Positions 57,817 to 64,000 of a stretch of 64,000 nucleotides of DNA are shown here, one piece after another (within the stretch, counting starts at the first letter, position 1; the number at the start of each line of letters is the position of its first letter). The notes under the pieces are model-generated. The model saw nothing but the letters and a program-made list of their open reading frames with translations, was not told the DNA's origin and made no database searches. The translations under genes and the position numbers were made by a program. Source of the DNA: an uncultured delta proteobacterium (GTDB taxonomy: Bacteria; Myxococcota_A; Polyangia; Polyangiales; B10-G4); the NCBI GenBank assembly GCA_963727445.1, contig CAVSGI010000018.1, forward strand, positions 1-64,000, written 5' to 3'.

Positions 57817-58486
57817 GGACTACCTCCGCGACGCGCGCGCGTCCGCTGTCGTCGAGACAGCGCACCTCGATCAGTCTTCGCGCGGGCGCGTCGCCGACGG
57901 GGGCGACGTCCCAATCGACACGTCGCGACGCGACCGACAGGCGCAGGTGTGGCGCGAAGGGCGGGTCGCCCACGAGCACGAGACGACTCCTGCCCTCGCG
58001 GAGCAGGCGTCTCAGGCGCCCCTTCGCCCCACGCGGCGTCGCCCACCCGCCGGCGGTGGGTGCGAGCCCGATGATCAGACCGAATCCGCCCGAGCGGAGC
58101 AGGATGTCGAGCGCCGCCCATGCGCGATGTGGTGAAGGCGGCGCGACGATCCAGAGCGCTTGGGCGTCGGCGGGCGTTTCGGCGCCGAGCCACGCATGGG
58201 GGAGGGCGGTGGCGGAGCCATCGACCACCGCGACCGGCTCGTCCCGCGCGAGCGCAGCTCGCGCGAAGCTCGCCGCGAGGGCCAGCGTCCCCGCTCCGGG
58301 GGGCCCCACTATCGCCGCCATCTGTCCCAGGGCCAGCCCCCCCGAGGGGACGAGGAGATCGACCTCGGGCCACCCGCTCGAGAGCGGCGCCCGGCCCCCG
58401 AGGGCCACGGGCGTAGCTTCCCGAAAGTGTTGGATGATCCGGGCTCGGAGCGCCTCGACCCGAGCATGCTTTTCCGCGAGCCCCAT
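57701..58486 (-). CDS. imuA: ImuA, RecA-like protein
   Basis: SSGWPEVDLLVPSGGL, degenerate Walker A GPPGAGT, WAALDILLRSGGFGL. Confidence 0.82.
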   Translation of the reverse strand: MGLAEKHARVEALRARIIQHFREATPVALGGRAPLSSGWPEVDLLVPSGGLALGQMAAIVGPPGAGTLALAASFARAALARDEPVAVVDGSATALPHAWLGAETPADAQALWIVAPPSPHRAWAALDILLRSGGFGLIIGLAPTAGGWATPRGAKGRLRRLLREGRSRLVLVGDPPFAPHLRLSVASRRVDWDVAPVGDAPARRLIEVRCLDDSGRARVAEVVREDVVTDRLRPHPHAPDRRPSSKRQSASRRESGRGGRR

Positions 58487-58497
58487 CGGTCATTTAA

Positions 58498-58513
58498 CTG
58501 AACGGACGAACAG
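58498..58513. promoter_or_regulatory. LexA (SOS) box overlapping the -10 of imuA
   Basis: Minus strand TATACTGTTCGTCCGTTCAG: -10 TATACT overlaps CTG-N10-CAG ending in GTTCAG. Confidence 0.8.
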
Positions 58514-58579
58514 TATAGAGTCGCACACTGACGGGATCAAGGAGAGAACTTCCGGCGCCCAGAGCCGTACGAAAGAAAG

Positions 58580-59611
58580 GTGCGTGTCCTTCTCGTGGCC
58601 CTGGTGCTCGCGACGCCCGCGCTGGCGTCCGCACAAGAGCTCGTGATCGCCCGCACGGGTGCGAACGACGCCCTCGAAGCCGCGCCGGTGCAGGCGCGCG
58701 TCGGTGAGCGCGTCGTTCTGCGCCTCGCGATGCGCGATCGCCGCGGACGCCTTCGGCCCGCGCCGTCCGGAAGTGTGCGCTGGTTTCGGATCGTGCCGCA
58801 CATGCAGCACGAGGACACACAGGCGCCGAACGACCGAACGCCGCAGTACTCGAACAGCGTGCTCTTCGGCCCGCGCCACGGCCAGTGGCTCGGCTACGAC
58901 CAGGTCGAGTACGAGACGTCCGCGCTGGCCGAGGGAGACGAGCTCGTCGTGCGCCGCGTTCCGCCGAGCACACCTGATGGTCGCGTGCGTTTCGCTGGCG
59001 CCGGGAGCTTCTGGGTTTCGGCGACGCTCACGGAGAGCGACGGAACGGTCCTCGAGACGCCCGGCATCGACAGCCGCGATCACCTCGGGCTCTCACCTTC
59101 GGTGATGCGCGTCAGCTTTCGACAGAGCGACGACTTCCTCGGTTGGCTCGGCACCTATTTCCACGTCCCCGACATCTTCGGCTCCACGGGCGTACAAGCG
59201 GATCGTTACGTCGGCGCCGACTGCGCGGACGTCCTCGTCGGCGCGATGCGCGCGTCCGGAAGCCGCGCGCGTTACACCTCGGTGCAGGGCATCGCGTCGG
59301 TCGCGCGTCCCATCAGCGAGGTGCTGATCCTGAGCGCAGAGGGCAACGTGCGCACCGAGGGCGGCGAGGACGTCTCCCTCGTCTGGGGCGACGGTGTGGC
59401 CGCGGGCGATCTGATGGCCATCGACTACACGACCGCCGGGGCCCAGCTTCCGCGTCCCTGGGATCACATCGGCGCGCTCCTCGGCGATGGCGATGGCGAC
59501 GGGGTCCTCAGCGGCGGGGACGGCCTTCGCCACATGACCCCTGGGGGACTTGTCGATCGGCCTCTCCGGGAGGAGGGCGAGATTCGATTTCGGGTCTGGC
59601 GGCGTCGCTGA
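58580..59611 (+). CDS. Secreted protein with NlpC/P60-like Cys-His motifs
   Basis: Signal peptide; YVGADCAD, GDLMAI, WDHIGAL; DGDGDG Ca-binding-like loop. Confidence 0.55.
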   Translation: MRVLLVALVLATPALASAQELVIARTGANDALEAAPVQARVGERVVLRLAMRDRRGRLRPAPSGSVRWFRIVPHMQHEDTQAPNDRTPQYSNSVLFGPRHGQWLGYDQVEYETSALAEGDELVVRRVPPSTPDGRVRFAGAGSFWVSATLTESDGTVLETPGIDSRDHLGLSPSVMRVSFRQSDDFLGWLGTYFHVPDIFGSTGVQADRYVGADCADVLVGAMRASGSRARYTSVQGIASVARPISEVLILSAEGNVRTEGGEDVSLVWGDGVAAGDLMAIDYTTAGAQLPRPWDHIGALLGDGDGDGVLSGGDGLRHMTPGGLVDRPLREEGEIRFRVWRRR

Positions 59612-59661
59612 GAGCTGAAATCACGCGATAATTCTTCAAGAGGCCCCTTTGGGCCCTGGCG

Positions 59662-59688
59662 TGAAATACGGCGGAAAGGTCGTTCGTA
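59662..59688 (+). promoter_or_regulatory. Putative ECF (autoregulatory) promoter
   Basis: TGAAAT-N17-CGTA directly upstream of the ECF sigma gene. Confidence 0.5.
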
Positions 59689-59704
59689 GGGGGCGGTGAC
59701 AGGC

Positions 59705-60313
59705 ATGCTCGTCTACGCCATGGCTCAGGAGCCGCCCAGGTCCGAAACCCGAGAGGTGCCGGGCCACGACGGCCGCAGCATCGAACGCTCGGCGCGTTCG
59801 GGGGATCGGGACGCCCTCGCTGCGCTCCTGCGCGAGCACGGACCGGCGATCGGGCAGCTCTGCCACTTCGTCGCGGGCCCCCGCGACGCCAAGGACGCGG
59901 CCCAGGAAGCTTTCGAGAAGATCGTCGTCAACATCACGAAGTTCGACCCCGACAAGGGTTCCTTCCGCAGCTGGGCGCTCACCGTCGCGCGCAACGCCTG
60001 CCGCGACCGCCTCCGCCGTCGCGGCCTCGAGAAGCGCACCTTCCTCGCCGACGGAGAGACACAGACCGAGCTCGCCAAGACCAAGGCGCCCGACCCCGAG
60101 CGCCTCGCTGTGGCGCGCGCCGGGACCAGCCGCCTGACCGAGGCGCTCGGCACGCTCCCCGAAAATCAGCGGACGGCCATCGTCCTGTTCCACTTTCACG
60201 AGGCGACCTACGAGGAGATCGCCGCTACCCTCGACGTGCCGATGGGAACCGTCATGACCTGGCTGCACCGCGCGCGGAAGAAGCTGCGCGCCGCCATGGA
60301 GGCGGACGCATGA
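59705..60313 (+). CDS. ECF RNA polymerase sigma factor
   Basis: DAAQEAF, FRSWALTVARNACRD, LPENQR, TYEEIAATLDVPMGTVMTWLHRAR. Confidence 0.93.
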   Translation: MLVYAMAQEPPRSETREVPGHDGRSIERSARSGDRDALAALLREHGPAIGQLCHFVAGPRDAKDAAQEAFEKIVVNITKFDPDKGSFRSWALTVARNACRDRLRRRGLEKRTFLADGETQTELAKTKAPDPERLAVARAGTSRLTEALGTLPENQRTAIVLFHFHEATYEEIAATLDVPMGTVMTWLHRARKKLRAAMEADA

Positions 60314-62163
60314 GCGCGCACCTCGACGAGGTCGCCCTCGAGGCGCTCGCCCACGGCCGCAACGACCTCGTGCCCGACGAGGAGCGCCTGCACGTCGCCG
60401 GCTGCGCCGAGTGCGGCGCAGCCATCGAGGAGATCCGCCGCGTGTCGAAGGACCTCTCCTTCGCCCTCGCCGCCGAAGCGCCCGAGCTCCCCGACCTCGA
60501 CGCGATCATCGCGGGCGCCCTCGAGAAGGCGCCCGATCCCGCCTACGCCCGGCCGCCGCTGGCGGTGCTCGCCGGCGCCGGCCTCGCCGGTCTGGTGGCG
60601 GCGGCGGTCCTCGGGTTGCTCGCGCTTCCGAGCGCCACCTCGGTGGTGAGCTTCGTTCACGATGCGATCGCCGTCGTCGGCGGCGTCGACCGCGTGGTCA
60701 CCGCCTTCGTGCCGGGAGGCTGGAGCCTCATCGCGCTCACCGGCTTCTTCGTGCTGGCGATCCTCGCCGTGCCCTTCAGTCGCCTGCTGCGCCCGGCCGC
60801 CGCCGGCGCCGCGAGCTCCTCGGTCTTCAGCGTGCTCGGGTTGGTCCTGGTGGTGGGCTCCTCGCTCTTCTTCGCGCCGAATGGCGCCTTCGCGCTCAGC
60901 TTCGAGGGCGAGTGGCCTTCGCCCGACGAAGGGCATCTGGTGTCGCTCTCGATCGACGATCAGCCGCTCAACGACGCGCTCCGAGACGCGGCCTCGGCCG
61001 CGGGCCTCGGCTACGTCTCCCAACTCGCCGCTTCCGAGCGGCGCGTGAGCCTCGAGGTGCAGGACGCCGAGCTGCGCGTGGTGATCGAGACGCTCCTCGG
61101 TGACGCGCGGGTGATCGCGCGGCGCACGCCGACGGCGCTGGTGCTCGTCCCGGACGCGTCCGAGCCCGAGGGCGCCGGTGACGACGAGGTGGACGAAGAA
61201 GCGCTGCCGACCAAGCAGCAGCCCCAGCATCCGGCGCTCACCGTACCGGTCGTCCCGGAGGTGCCGCCGGTCCCCGGTGTGCCCGCGGCCCCCGCTGCGC
61301 CGCCCCTTCCCCCCGACGTGGATCTCGCGCACCTGCCGGATCGCGAGACCTTCGGCGGAGACGTGCACATCCGGCCGGGCGAGGTGGTGCGTCACGTCAC
61401 CTCCACCGGCGGCGACGTCGAGGTCGAGGGCACCGTCTACGGCAACGTCACCAGCATGGGCGGCGACATCGAGGTGCGGGACGGCGGCGTGGTCCACGGC
61501 GAGCTGGTGAGCATGGGCGGCGACGTCGAGATTCGTTCCGGCGGCGCGGCCTACGGTCAGATGGTCACCATGGGCGGTGAGGTCGACATCGAGGAGGGCG
61601 CGATCGTGACCGGCGCGCGCGTCACGATGGATCCGCCCGACGCCCCGGCGGCGATCGAGGCCGAGGCTGGGAGCGAGCACGGCGGATTCGGCGCCTGGGT
61701 GAAGGAGTCGGTCGAGTCGGCGGCCCGACACGCGATCCTCTTCGTCCTCGGCATCTTCCTCCTCGCACTGGCGCCGGATCGCCTCGGCGCCCTCAGGCGC
61801 ACCATCGCGCGCGCGCCGCTGCGCACCGCCGCCACCGGCCTGATGGGCATCGTGGGAACGGTGGTGCTCACGGTGATCCTCGCCATCACCCTGATCGGCA
61901 TCCCCGCCGCCATCGTCCTCGCCATCGTCGCCTTCCTCGGCGCTTACGTGGGTCTGGTCGCTTGTGCGTCGGTGCTGGGTGCGGCGCTGCCGACGGCCCG
62001 CCTGAAGGATCGCCCGATCCTGCAGCTGGGCGCGGGTGTGGCGGTGCTCTTCGTCGTGTCGCTGGTGCCCGGGATCGGCGGCCTTCTCACGGTGATCGCC
62101 GCGCTCGTCGGCTATGGCGCCGTGATCCTGACGCGGTTCAGGGCAGTGGCGTACGGCGACTGA
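60310..62163 (+). CDS. Membrane anti-sigma factor: ZAS + TMs + STN-like + bactofilin-like repeats + TMs
   Basis: ATGA overlap with the sigma gene; HVAGCAEC; VSLSIDDQPLNDAL..RVSLEVQD; five GG(D/E)(V/I) repeats; C-terminal TM bundle. Confidence 0.78.
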   Translation: MSAHLDEVALEALAHGRNDLVPDEERLHVAGCAECGAAIEEIRRVSKDLSFALAAEAPELPDLDAIIAGALEKAPDPAYARPPLAVLAGAGLAGLVAAAVLGLLALPSATSVVSFVHDAIAVVGGVDRVVTAFVPGGWSLIALTGFFVLAILAVPFSRLLRPAAAGAASSSVFSVLGLVLVVGSSLFFAPNGAFALSFEGEWPSPDEGHLVSLSIDDQPLNDALRDAASAAGLGYVSQLAASERRVSLEVQDAELRVVIETLLGDARVIARRTPTALVLVPDASEPEGAGDDEVDEEALPTKQQPQHPALTVPVVPEVPPVPGVPAAPAAPPLPPDVDLAHLPDRETFGGDVHIRPGEVVRHVTSTGGDVEVEGTVYGNVTSMGGDIEVRDGGVVHGELVSMGGDVEIRSGGAAYGQMVTMGGEVDIEEGAIVTGARVTMDPPDAPAAIEAEAGSEHGGFGAWVKESVESAARHAILFVLGIFLLALAPDRLGALRRTIARAPLRTAATGLMGIVGTVVLTVILAITLIGIPAAIVLAIVAFLGAYVGLVACASVLGAALPTARLKDRPILQLGAGVAVLFVVSLVPGIGGLLTVIAALVGYGAVILTRFRAVAYGD

Positions 62164-62166
62164 CGC

Positions 62167-62778
62167 TCAGGGATCCAACAGCGTCCGGAGCAGCTTCCAG
62201 TCCCGCATCTGGTCGGCCCATGGCCTCTGGATCGTCGCGCGCGCGCCCGGGTGATAGAGCGGCAGCACGAAGCGATGGTTCCAGCGGTGCACCTCTCCCA
62301 CGTCCCACTTCAAGGTGAGTGTGTGCGGGGCGATCACCGCGAGCGACATCAGCGCCGTGGCGCCGAGGGTCACGATGATCGCCGGGTCGAGGGCGTCGAT
62401 CAGCGATTGTACGAAATGGGTGCAGCGCTTCACTTCGGCCTTGCTCGGCTTGCGGCCCTCGCCGGCCTCCGTCTTCGGGCTGCAGAGCACCGCGTTGGTG
62501 ATGAAGAGCTCGTCGCGCGAGAGGCGCGCGGCGGAGAGCAGCTTCTCGAAGGCGTCGCCGGTGCGGTCGCCCTTGAGCGGCACGCCGGTGGACGCGGCTC
62601 CGTGAAAGCCCGGCGCCTCGGCAATCACCAGACAGCGCGCGCTCTCGTCGCCGTTCGCTTCGGAAAGGACCCGCGGTCGGCCGTGCATCGTCGTGCAGCG
62701 CGTGCACGACTGGGCATCGGCGATGATGGTCGCGAGGCTGCTCCTCGCGCTACTCGTGGCCGCGCTCGTCCCTCCCAT
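62167..62778 (-). CDS. Uracil-DNA glycosylase, family 4/5 (Fe-S type)
   Basis: CTRC, LVIAEAPG, TGVPL, ITNAVLCSP, EVKRC, VTLGATA, PLYHP; start uncertain. Confidence 0.88.
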   Translation of the reverse strand: MGGTSAATSSARSSLATIIADAQSCTRCTTMHGRPRVLSEANGDESARCLVIAEAPGFHGAASTGVPLKGDRTGDAFEKLLSAARLSRDELFITNAVLCSPKTEAGEGRKPSKAEVKRCTHFVQSLIDALDPAIIVTLGATALMSLAVIAPHTLTLKWDVGEVHRWNHRFVLPLYHPGARATIQRPWADQMRDWKLLRTLLDP

Positions 62779-62868
62779 GGGCGAAGAAGGGTGCGCGGAG
62801 CCGGGCGGGAGCGCAACGTACTTTCTGTACTCGTTCGTACTGCCGAAAAGAGCTGCTAGGCTGCACCC

Positions 62869-64000
62869 GTGGCCGACCGACCCGATCCACTCTCCGGCGA
62901 CGAGCGCGACGCGCTGATGGGGCAGGCGCGCCCGCGCACGGGCCTCCCCATCGCGCCTCATGCCCCCCCCGCGCGACGTCATCTTCCTCTCGCTGCCGAG
63001 GCCCGCGACATCGATCGGCGCTATCGCCCGATCTACGCGGTCTGGGAGATCACCCTCGCGTGTGACCTGGCCTGCCGACATTGCGGCTCGCGCGCCGGCC
63101 ACGCGCGTCCCGACGAGCTCAGCACCGAGGAGTGCCTGGACCTGGTCCGTCAGATGGCGGAGATGGGCGTCAAGGAGGTCAGCCTGATCGGCGGCGAGGC
63201 GTATCTGCGCGACGATTGGGTGGACATCATCCGCGCCGTGAAGGCGCACGGCATGACGCCGCTCATCACCTCCGGTGGACGCGGCTTCACCGAGGAGCGG
63301 GCCCGCGCCGGCGCCGAAGCGGGTCTCGCCAGCGTCAGCATCTCCATCGACGGAAACGAAGCGACCCACGACCGGCTACGCGGCGTGAAGGGAAGTCACG
63401 CGGCAGCCCTCGCCGCGCTGAAGAACCTCCGCGCCGCGGGCGTTCGCGTCTCCACCAACACGCAGATCAACCGCCTCAGCATGCCGGAGCTCGAGGACGT
63501 CCTCGACACGATCATCGAAAACGGCGGTCACAGCTGGCAGATCCAGCTCACCGTCGCGATGGGTCGCGCGGCCGACGAGCCCGAGGTCCTGCTCCAGCCC
63601 TACGACCTGCTCGAGCTCTTCCCGCTCCTCGCGGAGCTGAAGAAGAAGTGCGACGAAAACGGCGTGCGCCTGTGGCCGGGGAACAACATCGGCTACTTCG
63701 GCCCTTACGAATCCGTGCTGAAGGGCACCATGCCCCGCGGCCACATGGCCTCCTGCGGTGCCGGGCGCGGCACTCTGGGCATCGAGGCCGACGGGACCAT
63801 CAAAGGCTGCCCATCACTGACCACCACGCCCTGGGGCGGCGGGAACATCCGCGACAATTCCCTGCAGGACATCTGGGAGCGGGCCGAGCCCCTGCGCTAC
63901 ACCCGCGATCGCACGGTGGAGGACCTCTGGGGCTTCTGCCGCGACTGCTATTACGCAGACGAGTGTCGCGCCGGCTGCACCTGGACCAGCCAGGTGCTCT
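62869..64000 (+). CDS. Radical SAM/SPASM protein (peptide-maturase-like), 3' end runs off the window
   Basis: Missing from the ORF track. AVWEITLACDLACRHCGSRAG, IGGEAYLR, SIDG, SPASM CGAG..GIEADGTIKGCPSL..GFCRDCYYADECRAGCTW. Confidence 0.9.
   Translation, partial: MADRPDPLSGDERDALMGQARPRTGLPIAPHAPPARRHLPLAAEARDIDRRYRPIYAVWEITLACDLACRHCGSRAGHARPDELSTEECLDLVRQMAEMGVKEVSLIGGEAYLRDDWVDIIRAVKAHGMTPLITSGGRGFTEERARAGAEAGLASVSISIDGNEATHDRLRGVKGSHAAALAALKNLRAAGVRVSTNTQINRLSMPELEDVLDTIIENGGHSWQIQLTVAMGRAADEPEVLLQPYDLLELFPLLAELKKKCDENGVRLWPGNNIGYFGPYESVLKGTMPRGHMASCGAGRGTLGIEADGTIKGCPSLTTTPWGGGNIRDNSLQDIWERAEPLRYTRDRTVEDLWGFCRDCYYADECRAGCTWTSQVL

Noticed and set aside
62821..62845. Possible LexA box near the uracil-DNA glycosylase
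   Set aside because: CTGTACTCGTTCGTAC lacks the CAG half-site at the required spacing.

Overview
Very GC-rich window that looks like two unrelated pieces joined at about 7,697. Part A (1 to ~7,697) carries threonine synthase, a lipoprotein, a glycosyltransferase/flavoprotein surface-glycan cluster, a ComEC-like metallo-beta-lactamase-fold lipoprotein and a truncated LEA_2-like gene, with several indels. Part B (~7,698-64,000) reads like Myxococcota (Polyangia/Sandaracinus-like; inferred from gene content). It contains PEGA/TPR, Cys-rich, RCC1, IPT/TIG and IgGFc-binding lipoproteins, glutathione reductase, a VIT-Zn-ribbon-vWA-vWA protein, an RCK protein, a DUF1592-type protein and a Ser/Thr kinase module. 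It also holds a type II secretion operon (gspC-D-E-F-G'-G-H-I-J-K-L-M-N) behind a sigma-54 response regulator, SOS/repair genes (SPL-like radical SAM, imuA-imuB-dnaE2, uracil-DNA glycosylase), an ECF sigma/anti-sigma pair and a truncated radical SAM/SPASM gene. Genes in 38.9-47.6 kb have many indels that look like read errors. The most notable signals not explained by the ORF track are: (1) a near-perfect four-way-junction RNA-like structure directly after the VIT-vWA stop codon, with a long dyad element upstream of the same gene; (2) a readable sigma-54 circuit for the T2SS, with a -24/-12 box and TGACA-N3-TGTCA sites that also appear three times at the regulator's own promoter; (3) two Myxococcus-type LexA boxes; (4) an anti-sigma factor fused to STN and bactofilin-like domains; (5) overlapping bidirectional -10 elements and apparently leaderless genes. 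No rRNA, tRNA, CRISPR array or transposase was recognised. All family assignments come from motif recognition by eye; no searches were run.
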